DNA of 64,000 bases from Acidobacteriota bacterium (GCA_965209055.1 OZ242374.1:998919-1062918); one strand, 5' to 3'. Numbered from the stretch's first letter, positions 30,653-38,669 are shown. The notes: generated from the letters alone by a model not told the origin. Program-made: numbers and translations.

Positions 30653-30991
30653 TTGGAACGGATCTCACGCAACGCCGCCATCCTCCTGGCCGCCATTTCC
30701 CTCATCGGGGGATTGGTTTACGGATTCTGGGCGGCCGTATCCATCCTGGCCGGAGCCGTGGCCGCCCTCATCAACCTCAAGGTCCTGGACCGGCTGGCAA
30801 CCCGGCTGCTGGCGCCGGACGGGAAGCCTTCGGCCCTGCGATTTCTGGCCCTGAACGGGGGTCGCATGGTCTTGATGCTGGGAGGTCTCTTTGCTATGAT
30901 GCATATTCCCTTTTTGAGTGTGCCGGGGGCGGTCCTGGGGCTTTCCATACCCATCCTTTCAGCAATGTTGGAGGCGTTGTACAAATCCTGA
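30653..30991 (+). CDS. atpI: ATP synthase protein I (AtpI-like)
   Basis: 112 aa (TTG start), 4 hydrophobic segments, directly upstream of atpB. The call is based mainly on context. Confidence 0.6.
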   Translation: MERISRNAAILLAAISLIGGLVYGFWAAVSILAGAVAALINLKVLDRLATRLLAPDGKPSALRFLALNGGRMVLMLGGLFAMMHIPFLSVPGAVLGLSIPILSAMLEALYKS

Positions 30992-31060
30992 CCCGCACAG
31001 TTCATGCCTGATCCGGCGTGACACCCTCGGGACGGACGAACTTCTGAAACAGGACCGCAA

Positions 31061-31798
31061 ATGGATCAGCACCACGAGTTCCTGTCGGCGACTCTCTTCA
31101 ACCGCTACATCGCGAACCCTCTGGCCGAGGCCCTGGGATTCCACGTGGACCACGACGTCCTTCCGGCCCATCTGGTCATGGTGATCTTCGTCTGCCTCAT
31201 CCTCACCACGGTCGCGCTTCTGGTGAGGAGGCGCCTGAGCGTGGAGAATCCGGGCGCGGTCCAACAGATGCTGGAGGTTCTGGTCGAAGGCCTGCTGGGA
31301 TTGATGAAGGAGATCATCGGACCCGACGCACGCCGCTTCTTCCCCCTGATCGGGACGCTGTTCCTCTACATCCTGGCGGGCAACCTGCTGGGGCTCTTTC
31401 CCGGGTTCATGCCGCCCACCAGCAACATCAACATTACGGCGGCGTGCGGGATCCTCGTCTTCCTCTATTACAACTACCATGGGTTCCGGGTTCACGGCTT
31501 CGTCAAGTACATGGCCCACTTCGCGGGTCCGTCACTGGCCATCGCCCCGGTCCTTTTCGTGATCGAGATCATCAGCCACATGGCGCGGCCCTTCTCCCTC
31601 TCCGTCCGGCTCATGGGCAACATCTACGCCGAGGAGCTGATCGTCACCAACTTGAATCAACTGTTCCCCTTTGTGATCTCGATGCCGGTGATGGCCCTGG
31701 GCCTCTTTGCCGGCACGCTACAGGCCTTCATTTTCTCCGTCTTGACCATCGTCTACATCGCTGGTTCCGTGGAGCACGCACACGACGAAGAACACTGA
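31061..31798 (+). CDS. atpB: F0F1 ATP synthase subunit a
   Basis: 245 aa. Conserved stator arginine in ARPFSLSVRLMGNIYAEE and TLQAFIFSVLTIVYI near the C-terminus. Confidence 0.92.
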   Translation: MDQHHEFLSATLFNRYIANPLAEALGFHVDHDVLPAHLVMVIFVCLILTTVALLVRRRLSVENPGAVQQMLEVLVEGLLGLMKEIIGPDARRFFPLIGTLFLYILAGNLLGLFPGFMPPTSNINITAACGILVFLYYNYHGFRVHGFVKYMAHFAGPSLAIAPVLFVIEIISHMARPFSLSVRLMGNIYAEELIVTNLNQLFPFVISMPVMALGLFAGTLQAFIFSVLTIVYIAGSVEHAHDEEH

Positions 31799-31852
31799 TT
31801 CGGGCGCTCCATGCGACGGGCTCACACCTCAAACCTTGGAAGGAGTCATCTA

Positions 31853-32167
31853 ATGAACCGAAAGTTCGGCCTTCTGGCCATTGCTCTGGTCGTTGCCATC
31901 CTGCTGCCGGTGGCCTCCGTGCAGGCACAGTCGGAGGAAGGCGGCGCCTCCACAAGTCTGGAAATTCATTGGCTCGCCGTCGCCATGGCCATCGCCGCGG
32001 CCGGCTGCGGCTACGGTCAGAGCCGGGTCCTGACCGCCGCCTGCGAAGGCGTCTCCAGAAACCCCGGAGCCTCCGACACGATCCGCTTCTTCTTCATCCT
32101 GGGACTCGCCTTCATCGAGTTCCTGGCTCTTCTGACCTTCGTCGTCGTTCTCCTGGTGAGTGGGTAA
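31853..32167 (+). CDS. atpE: F0F1 ATP synthase subunit c, with a signal-peptide-like N-terminal extension
   Basis: ATG 31853 is preceded by AAGGAG. Helix-1 GCGYGQS...SRNPGA loop and helix-2 carboxylate in LAFIEFLAL. The first 26 aa (MNRKFGLLAIALVVAILLPVASVQA-Q) look like a cleavable signal. Confidence 0.85.
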   Translation: MNRKFGLLAIALVVAILLPVASVQAQSEEGGASTSLEIHWLAVAMAIAAAGCGYGQSRVLTAACEGVSRNPGASDTIRFFFILGLAFIEFLALLTFVVVLLVSG

Positions 32168-32206
32168 CCACCCTTCGAGACCGCACGACGGCTCAAGAAA
32201 AGAGAT

Positions 32207-32238
32207 ACGACCCCCGACGCATTTTTCCAGGGGGTCGT
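32207..32238 (+). terminator. hairpin after atpE (ACGACCCCC-N14-GGGGGTCGT)
   Basis: A 9-bp perfect stem 40 nt after the atpE stop. No clear U-tract. Confidence 0.35.
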
Positions 32239-32377
32239 GTCTCCGGCCGTCGGCGCCGAAAACTTCCTCCGCCGGGATACACCGGCCGCGCACCGGACAT
32301 GAAATCCCGTCATGCTCCAGATGGTGAGCAAACCGTCCAACCTCGGGCAAACCCGCCGCGTGATGGCGTCGCTTTTC

Positions 32378-32632
32378 TCAGCCTGAAGACCGATCGCTTT
32401 CCATGAGCGCCCTAAGCATGGCGTTCATGCGAGTCTGGTAACCCTTGCCCCTCGATTTGAGCCAGTCGATTACATCGGCATCCAAGCGGACATAGATCCC
32501 TTTCTTCGACCGCGGCATCTGCAGTTCGGCCCTCTTCCAGAAGCTCTCATCGGCTTCCGGGATGTCCGAGTAATCGATGTCCGCATCCGCTATGGATTCA
32601 ATTTTCCGGATCCGCTTTGGTGAGATACTCAT
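32378..32632 (-). CDS. brnA: BrnA antitoxin (type II TA, BrnT/BrnA)
   Basis: 84 aa. The C-terminal VRLDADVIDWLKSRGKGYQTRMNAMLRALM motif is characteristic of BrnA. It lies downstream of, and overlaps, the BrnT gene. Confidence 0.8.
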   Translation of the reverse strand: MSISPKRIRKIESIADADIDYSDIPEADESFWKRAELQMPRSKKGIYVRLDADVIDWLKSRGKGYQTRMNAMLRALMESDRSSG

Positions 32633-32897
32633 AGTAAGCGCGTCTTTCCTTGCGGTTGGCCTTACGGGCGGAAATCAGCCGGATTCTCTCACGCCGAATC
32701 GTGTGAACCACCACGATGACGACCGACCTTCCGATCCGCCCATAGCTGATGAATCGTTTCTCGCCGTAGTCACGGCGATCGTCCTGGGCAGTGACCACGG
32801 GGTGGATGAAAATGACCTTGGCTTCCTCAAAACCGATGCCATGTTTTGTCCGGTTGACTTCATCCTTCCCATCATCCCATTCAAATTGCAACGGCAT
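32598..32897 (-). CDS. brnT: BrnT-family toxin (DUF497 ribonuclease toxin)
   Basis: 99 aa. FEWDxxKxxxNxxKHGIxFEEAxxxF...GExRxxxxGR...VVxxxR...IRxISARKAxxxE is the BrnT signature. Confidence 0.85.
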   Translation of the reverse strand: MPLQFEWDDGKDEVNRTKHGIGFEEAKVIFIHPVVTAQDDRRDYGEKRFISYGRIGRSVVIVVVHTIRRERIRLISARKANRKERRAYYEYLTKADPEN

Positions 32898-32931
32898 CGT
32901 TTCGCTGTCGGCATGTGGCGTCCCTTTCTGA

Positions 32932-32970
32932 CTTGTATATATACAATCTGTATATACGTCAATTTACAAG
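32932..32970 (-). promoter_or_regulatory. AT-rich brnTA promoter/operator: minus-strand TTGACG(32962..32957)-17-TATACA(32939..32934), overlapped by the 14-nt palindrome TTGTATATATACAA (32933..32946) and a TGTATATAC direct repeat
   Basis: All elements were read directly from the sequence. This is the only strongly AT-rich patch in the neighbourhood and lies 37 nt upstream of the brnT ATG. Confidence 0.45.
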
Positions 32971-33080
32971 CGGCATTTTCCGGCTCTCCATCCTCTCCTC
33001 CGGATACATCCCTCTCACTCTCCTCTTCGTTTCCTTTCCACTCTCTTCATCGCTTCTCTCGATACCGAGAAGTTGTTACA

Positions 33081-33545
33081 ATGGCCGGCACCATGTCCGT
33101 GTCCAGATTGCCTGCGCCCAAATTCATCGTGGCGGGCCTCTTGATCGTGGGCGCCGTGAGCTACCTGATGGTCAGCGGCTTCGACGACACCATGGTCTAC
33201 TACTACACCCTGTCGGAGTTGATGGAAAAGAAGTCGGACCTCGCCGGCGTGGGGTTGCGCATCCATGGACATGTCTCATCCGACTCCATCCGGATCGATC
33301 GGGAGCGGTCGCAAGTCGACTTCCTGGTGATGGAAAAGGAGACCACCAACACTCTTCCCGTCACCTATCAGGGGGTTATCCCCGACACCTTCAAGGATGG
33401 GGCCGAGGTCGTGGTGGAAGGCACCTACCATGCCGGCCGGCACCATTTCCAAGCCACGTTCCTGATGGCCAAATGCCCCTCCAAATATGAGGGGGCTCAA
33501 ACCGCTTCCTCCGGCAAGGCCCAGACCTCCGACAGTCCGTATTGA
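33081..33545 (+). CDS. ccmE: cytochrome c maturation heme chaperone CcmE, Cys-type (CxxxY) variant
   Basis: 154 aa from ATG 33081. N-terminal membrane anchor, OB-fold region (RIHGHV...VTYQGVIPDTFKDGAEVVVEG), and FLMAKCPSKYEG where canonical CcmE has LAKHDExY. Confidence 0.85.
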   Translation: MAGTMSVSRLPAPKFIVAGLLIVGAVSYLMVSGFDDTMVYYYTLSELMEKKSDLAGVGLRIHGHVSSDSIRIDRERSQVDFLVMEKETTNTLPVTYQGVIPDTFKDGAEVVVEGTYHAGRHHFQATFLMAKCPSKYEGAQTASSGKAQTSDSPY

Positions 33546-33551
33546 CGGAAC

Positions 33552-35555
33552 ATGATTGAACTCGGTCGATATTGTCTGCTTGGCGGTCTAGCTCTGTCCG
33601 GGTACGGCGCCGTCGTGGCGGCCATCGCGGGACGCAGGAAGAACCTGGCACTGGCCCGGAGCGCCGAAAACAGTCTCGTGGCCGCGTTCGTGGTCGTGGT
33701 GGCGGCCTCCGCCTGTCTCATCCGTCTCCTCATGACGGACGATTTCCGCGTGCAATACGTCGCGTCCTACAGCGCCAGCAGCATTCCCACGGTCTACAAG
33801 TTCAGCGCGTTCTGGGGCGGCCAGTCAGGGAGCCTGCTCATGTGGGCCCTGGTCCTGGCCTTCTTCTGCCTGGTTGCCGTGGTCCAGAACCGGAACCGCA
33901 ACCGGAAACTGATGCCCTATGCCGTCGCCGTGATGGCCGGGACCCTGGGCTTCTTCATGCTCCTGTTGTCCTTTGCCACCAATCCCTTCGACACCTTTCC
34001 CGCCGGAGCGGCACCTTCCGATGGCAACGGTCTCAATCCTCTGCTCCAAAACTCGTACATGGTGATCCATCCGCCGATTCTCTACCTGGGCTACATCGGC
34101 CTGACCATCCCCTTCGCCTTCGCCATGGCCGCTCTCATGTCCCGCACGCTGGACACCTCCTGGATCCGCGTGACCCGGCGCTGGACCCTGGTGGCCTGGA
34201 TCTTCCTGACCATGGGCTTCACGCTGGGCGGGGTCTGGGCCTACGAGGAGCTGGGATGGGGAGGATACTGGGCATGGGACCCGGTGGAGAACTCCTCCTT
34301 CATGCCCTGGCTCTTCGCCACCGCCTTCCTGCACTCCATCATGATCACCGAGAAGAAGGGGATGCTGAAGCTGTGGAACTTCATCCTGGTCCTGGTCGCC
34401 TTCGAGCTCTCCATCTTCGGCACCTTCATCACCCGGAGCGGCGTCATCTCATCGGTCCATTCCTTCGCCGTCTCCAACCTGGGACCGATGTTGGCGGTGT
34501 TCCTGTTGGTATCGACCCTGTTCGGGGTCTTCTGGATCGTCCGTAGATCGGATCAGCTCCGGAGCGAGCAGAAGATGAAGTCCTTCCTCTCGCGGGAAGC
34601 GACCTTCCTGCTGAACAACCTGCTGTTCGTCTCCATCTGCTTCGCCATCTTCTGGGGCACCGTCTTTCCCATCGTCACCGAGTGGGTCCTGGGGGGCGAG
34701 AAGATCACGGTGGCGGCGCCCTTCTTCAACCAGGTCACCTGGCCCCTGGCCCTGACCCTCCTGGCGCTCACCGGTATCTGCCCGCTGATCGCCTGGAGAA
34801 AGGCCTCCCTCAAGAATTTCCAGCGGAACTTCCTGATCCCGCTGGCCGGCGGGCTGCTCTTTGGAGGACTGGCCCTGTTCCTGGGCGTGCGGAGCATGAT
34901 CCCTCTGCTCTTCTATTCCGCCTGCGGCTTCGTGGCCTTCTGCGTCTTCTTCGAGTTCTACAAGGGCGCCCGGGCCCGCCAGGGCATACGCTCCTCATCG
35001 TTCCTGGTCGCCCTGAAGGACCTGACCCTCATGAACAAGCGCCGCTACGGCGGCTTCATCATCCACCTGGGGGTCGTCGTGGCCTTCATCGGCATCATTT
35101 CCAGCTCGTTCTTCGACTCTGAGGAACTGGTCACCGTGAATCGGGGCGAGGAGTTCAAGCTGGGGCAGTACACCCTCAAGTTCCATGAGCTGGTCCAGAG
35201 AGCGGACCCGGAAAAGGACGTGGTCTACGCTCGAATCAGCGGATACGAGAACCAGGAGCCCATCGGCAACTTCTTCCCACAGAAACATTTTCACCACAAG
35301 GGCCAGCAACCCCAAAGCGAAGTGTCGATTCGGCGCACCCTCATGGACGATGTTTACGTGGTTCTGTCCGGCTACAACGAAGACCTGACCCAGGCGACGT
35401 TCCACGTCTTCCTGAATCCCATGGTGCAGTGGGTCTGGATCGGCATCGGCATCATGGTCCTGGCCGGAGTCTTCCTCTTTTTCCCGGACAAGAAGCCGGT
35501 TGCGCGAGCTCGTGTGCGACGCCGGAGGGAGAGAGTTCGGACGGAAGCCGCCTGA
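33552..35555 (+). CDS. ccmF: cytochrome c-type biogenesis protein CcmF (heme lyase component)
   Basis: 667-aa polytopic protein. WGGYWAWDPVENSS WWD motif. Typical CcmF/NrfE length. Confidence 0.9.
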   Translation: MIELGRYCLLGGLALSGYGAVVAAIAGRRKNLALARSAENSLVAAFVVVVAASACLIRLLMTDDFRVQYVASYSASSIPTVYKFSAFWGGQSGSLLMWALVLAFFCLVAVVQNRNRNRKLMPYAVAVMAGTLGFFMLLLSFATNPFDTFPAGAAPSDGNGLNPLLQNSYMVIHPPILYLGYIGLTIPFAFAMAALMSRTLDTSWIRVTRRWTLVAWIFLTMGFTLGGVWAYEELGWGGYWAWDPVENSSFMPWLFATAFLHSIMITEKKGMLKLWNFILVLVAFELSIFGTFITRSGVISSVHSFAVSNLGPMLAVFLLVSTLFGVFWIVRRSDQLRSEQKMKSFLSREATFLLNNLLFVSICFAIFWGTVFPIVTEWVLGGEKITVAAPFFNQVTWPLALTLLALTGICPLIAWRKASLKNFQRNFLIPLAGGLLFGGLALFLGVRSMIPLLFYSACGFVAFCVFFEFYKGARARQGIRSSSFLVALKDLTLMNKRRYGGFIIHLGVVVAFIGIISSSFFDSEELVTVNRGEEFKLGQYTLKFHELVQRADPEKDVVYARISGYENQEPIGNFFPQKHFHHKGQQPQSEVSIRRTLMDDVYVVLSGYNEDLTQATFHVFLNPMVQWVWIGIGIMVLAGVFLFFPDKKPVARARVRRRRERVRTEAA

Positions 35556-35595
35556 TCCCGAAACGGCGGATTTCTACCCCTTGCGAGGAGTCTTC

Positions 35596-35907
35596 ATGGA
35601 GCTGATCATCGCTCCCATTCTTTTCATCGGAATGGTCCTTTACGTAGCCTATCCCCTGCTGTGGGGGGAGACCAAAACGGGACCTCCCCCGGAAGCGCCC
35701 CGGACCGACCGCCAGGCGGTCCTGCGGGAGAAGGAGGATGTCGTCTCCGACCTGAAGGACATCGAGATGGATTTCCGAATGGGCAAGCTTTCGTCCCGGG
35801 ACTACGAGGAATTGAAGTCCGAATACGAGGAGAGAGCCGTGGAGGTCTTCGAGCAGGTCGAGGCGCTTGAGCGGAAGCGGAAAAAGACCCGGAAGACCAG
35901 GGCCTGA
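35596..35907 (+). CDS. small single-pass membrane protein with charged coiled-coil tail; resembles the N-terminal module of CcmI/CycH (no TPR, no CxxC)
   Basis: 103 aa. One TM (LIIAPILFIGMVLYVAYPLLW), then DRQAVLREKEDVVSDLKDIEMDFRMGKLSSRDYEELKSEYEERA. The stop overlaps the ccmA ATG. The assignment is an inference. Confidence 0.5.
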   Translation: MELIIAPILFIGMVLYVAYPLLWGETKTGPPPEAPRTDRQAVLREKEDVVSDLKDIEMDFRMGKLSSRDYEELKSEYEERAVEVFEQVEALERKRKKTRKTRA

Positions 35908-36629
35908 TGGCGCTGCGCATCTCCAACCTCACCAAGCGGTTCGGAGCCTTTCGGGCCGTCTCGGATCTGACCCTCGAGATCGAAAAGGGCCAATTCGCCG
36001 CCCTGTTCGGGCCCAACGGCGCCGGGAAGACGACCCTGCTGAAACTCGTCGCCGGCCTGCTCAGGCCGACGAGCGGAACCATCTCCCTCCGGTTCAACGG
36101 GTCCGGAGCGGGACGGCGCAATGTCGGCTACGTATCCCACCAGAGCCTGCTCTACCAGGAAATGAACGGGATGGAAAATCTGTTGTTCTACTCGCGGCTC
36201 TACGGCGTCGCCCGGCCACGGGAACGGTCCCGCAGGGTGCTGGAGAGGATGGGACTCGCCGGAGCTGGAGAGCAATTGGTCCGGGAGTACTCCCGGGGCA
36301 TGAAGCAGCGGCTGACATTGGGCCGCGCGCTCCTGCACGAGCCCACCCTGCTGCTGCTGGACGAGCCCTACGTGGGTCTGGACCAGCAGGGGAACCGGCT
36401 CCTGACAAGCATTCTCCGAAGTCTCAGGGATGGAACCCACACCGTACTTCTCGTGACCCATAATTTGGCGGAGGGCCTGGAGCTTTGCGACCGGGTCCTG
36501 ATTCAACACCGGGGTTCCCTGGTGTACGACCGTTCCTCCGACGGTCTGGGACGGCGCGAGGTTGAGGCGTTGTACATGGGAGCCGTGGAGGGGGAGGGAA
36601 CGGCATCCCGTTCCGGGTCACGGGAGTGA
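35907..36629 (+). CDS. ccmA: ABC transporter ATP-binding protein, heme exporter CcmA by context
   Basis: 240 aa. Walker A GPNGAGKTT, signature YSRGMKQRL, Walker B LLLLDEP. It sits in a cluster with ccmB/C/D. Confidence 0.7.
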   Translation: MALRISNLTKRFGAFRAVSDLTLEIEKGQFAALFGPNGAGKTTLLKLVAGLLRPTSGTISLRFNGSGAGRRNVGYVSHQSLLYQEMNGMENLLFYSRLYGVARPRERSRRVLERMGLAGAGEQLVREYSRGMKQRLTLGRALLHEPTLLLLDEPYVGLDQQGNRLLTSILRSLRDGTHTVLLVTHNLAEGLELCDRVLIQHRGSLVYDRSSDGLGRREVEALYMGAVEGEGTASRSGSRE

Positions 36630-36672
36630 TGCCGGCGAAGCTGCCCATCTTGTGCCGGCGGGATCTTGAGTC

Positions 36673-37971
36673 ATGAGTTGGTGGAACCTCTACTCGGCGC
36701 TTGGATGCTGCACGCTGGTCTTCCTGGCCTGGCTCAGTTCCACCAATCGGCGCGGCGTCTCGTGGAGAACGTCGGCGGCGGCCGCCGCCACCGTGGCGGT
36801 CATGGGAATCCTGGTCTTCTGGTGGCCCTTTTTCCGGGTCTGCCTGGTGGCCCTCAACGGCGCCGTGACCACTCTGCTCAACGCCTCCGGCGCCGGCGCA
36901 CGATTCCTCTTCGGTCCTCTGGCGGCCGGTCCGGGACAGGAGGAATCCCTGGGCTTCATCCTGGCCTTCCAGGTCTTCCCGGCCGTGGTCTTCTTCTCGG
37001 TGATCGTCTCTCTGCTCTATCACTTCGGAGTCCTTCCCTTCGTGGTGAGAAACATCGCCCGATGGGTTCACCGGGGATTCGGCATCAGCGGAGCCGAAGC
37101 CCTGGCCACCAGCAGCAACCTGTTCGTCGGCGTCGAATCGACGCTGACGGTCCGGCCCTTTCTGGAGCGCATGACCCGATCCGAATTGACGATGGTCCTG
37201 GCGTCGGGCCTCTCCACCATCGCCAGCTCGGTTCTGGCCGTCTACGCCGGTCTCCTGGAGCCCGTCTTTCCCTATATCGCCGGGCATTTGATCTCCGCGT
37301 CGGTGCTCTCCATTCCCGCGGCCGTTCTGATGTCCAAGATCATCGTCCCGGAAGAAGAAGAGCCTCAGACCCGGCGCACGGTACCTCCCATGAAGGATTT
37401 CGCCGGGTCTCCAAACTGGATGGGAAGCCTCATCCAGGGCGCCAACGACGGCGTCCGCCTGTCGGTGGGAGTCGGCGCCCTCCTGATCGGAATGCTGGGA
37501 TTGGTCGAGCTGCTGGACGTAATATTGGGAACGACGGCGGGCTGGGTCTCGAACCTGACGCTCCAGAAGGAACTGGATCTCACGCTGCGGACACTCTTGA
37601 GCTGGGTCGCCTATCCCCTGGTTCTCTGTCTGGGGCTGACGCCGGACGAGTGGCCCGTCGCCGCCCGGCTCATCGGCGAACGCTGGATCCTGACCGAGGT
37701 GGTGGCCTACCAGGACCTGGCGAGTGTGGTCGCGGCGGGCGAGCTCTCGCCCCGAGGCCTCATGGTCCTGAGCTATGCCCTCTGCGGTTTCACTCACGTG
37801 CCTTCCGTGGCCATCTTCGCCGGGGGGCTGTCGGTGCTGGTCCCGGCTCGAAGAAACGACTTGGCCCGCCTCAGTTGGCCCGCCCTCTGGGCGGCCACAC
37901 TTGCCACGCTCATGACCGGAGCGGCGGCGGGAGCCTTTTATCACGGTCAGGAAGGGTTGATGGGGCTTTGA
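36673..37971 (+). CDS. NupC/CNT-family concentrative nucleoside transporter
   Basis: 432 aa. Collinear similarity to E. coli NupC is recognisable by eye (GxxFxFG...LPxxxxxxxxxxxxxxGxSGAEAL.....F.G..E....V.P....MTRSEL..V...G..T.A.S....Y...L). Confidence 0.85.
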   Translation: MSWWNLYSALGCCTLVFLAWLSSTNRRGVSWRTSAAAAATVAVMGILVFWWPFFRVCLVALNGAVTTLLNASGAGARFLFGPLAAGPGQEESLGFILAFQVFPAVVFFSVIVSLLYHFGVLPFVVRNIARWVHRGFGISGAEALATSSNLFVGVESTLTVRPFLERMTRSELTMVLASGLSTIASSVLAVYAGLLEPVFPYIAGHLISASVLSIPAAVLMSKIIVPEEEEPQTRRTVPPMKDFAGSPNWMGSLIQGANDGVRLSVGVGALLIGMLGLVELLDVILGTTAGWVSNLTLQKELDLTLRTLLSWVAYPLVLCLGLTPDEWPVAARLIGERWILTEVVAYQDLASVVAAGELSPRGLMVLSYALCGFTHVPSVAIFAGGLSVLVPARRNDLARLSWPALWAATLATLMTGAAAGAFYHGQEGLMGL

Positions 37972-38669
37972 GTCCCATTCGAAGCGTGCTGGACGGGCTG
38001 GGCCTGATCTGGACGCTGGCCGAGAAGGATCTTCGAATCGAATTCAGATCCCGCCAGGCCTTCTTCACCACCCTCTTCTTCTCTTTCCTGATCCTGATGG
38101 TGTTCAGCTTCGCGTTCGACCCGGCGAGCGAGACCACGCGGAAGGCGGCTCCGGGCATTCTCTGGGTGGCCCTGATCTTTCCCGGCGTGATTCAGCTCAA
38201 TCGCTCGTTCCAATCGGAAAGAGAGGACGGGACGCTGCTCGGGATTCTCGTTTCGCCCATGGACCGGGGACTCATCTTTTTCGGCAAGTTCCTGGCCAAT
38301 TGGATCTTCCTGTTGGCCGTCGACCTGTTGACCCTGGCCATCTTCATGGTCATTTTCAAGTTTTCCCCGACCCCGGCCACGCTCTGGATGCTGCTTTTGA
38401 TTCTCCTCTCCAGCCTGGGATTCTCTGCCGTGGGGACATTGTTCGGCGCCATGGTCTCCAGCATCCGGACCCGGGAGGTCCTGCTTCCCATACTGTTGTT
38501 TCCCATCGTCATTCCGGTGATCCTGGCGGCGGTGAACGGCAGCACGGAGGTTCTGCTGGGGGAAAAGTTCCGCTTATTCTTCCAATGGATTAAGATACTG
38601 GTCGCCTTTGACGTGATCTTCCTGGCGGCCTCTTATCTGGTGTTCGAGTATGTGGTCGAAGAATCTTGA
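37968..38669 (+). CDS. ccmB: heme exporter permease CcmB
   Basis: C-terminal ~233 aa of the 36666..38669 ORF. Six hydrophobic segments and FxxExEDGTLLGILVSP, a CcmB-like motif. The start is uncertain: TTG 37968 (overlapping the nupC TGA) or GTG 37986. Confidence 0.8.
   Translation: MSPIRSVLDGLGLIWTLAEKDLRIEFRSRQAFFTTLFFSFLILMVFSFAFDPASETTRKAAPGILWVALIFPGVIQLNRSFQSEREDGTLLGILVSPMDRGLIFFGKFLANWIFLLAVDLLTLAIFMVIFKFSPTPATLWMLLLILLSSLGFSAVGTLFGAMVSSIRTREVLLPILLFPIVIPVILAAVNGSTEVLLGEKFRLFFQWIKILVAFDVIFLAASYLVFEYVVEES

Noticed and set aside
30389-32167. Idea that the atpZ-I-B-E genes belong to an N-type (Na+) ATPase operon
   Set aside because: N-ATPase operons contain atpD/C/Q/R and F1 genes in a fixed order, and none are present here. 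The c subunit also lacks the ES/ET Na+-ligand pair after the helix-2 Glu. A split F-type operon is the simpler reading.
36666-38669. 667-aa + strand ORF that would make a giant CcmB
   Set aside because: Only the last ~233 aa are CcmB-like. The first two thirds are an out-of-frame read-through of the nupC gene with Arg/Gly/Pro-rich junk translation.
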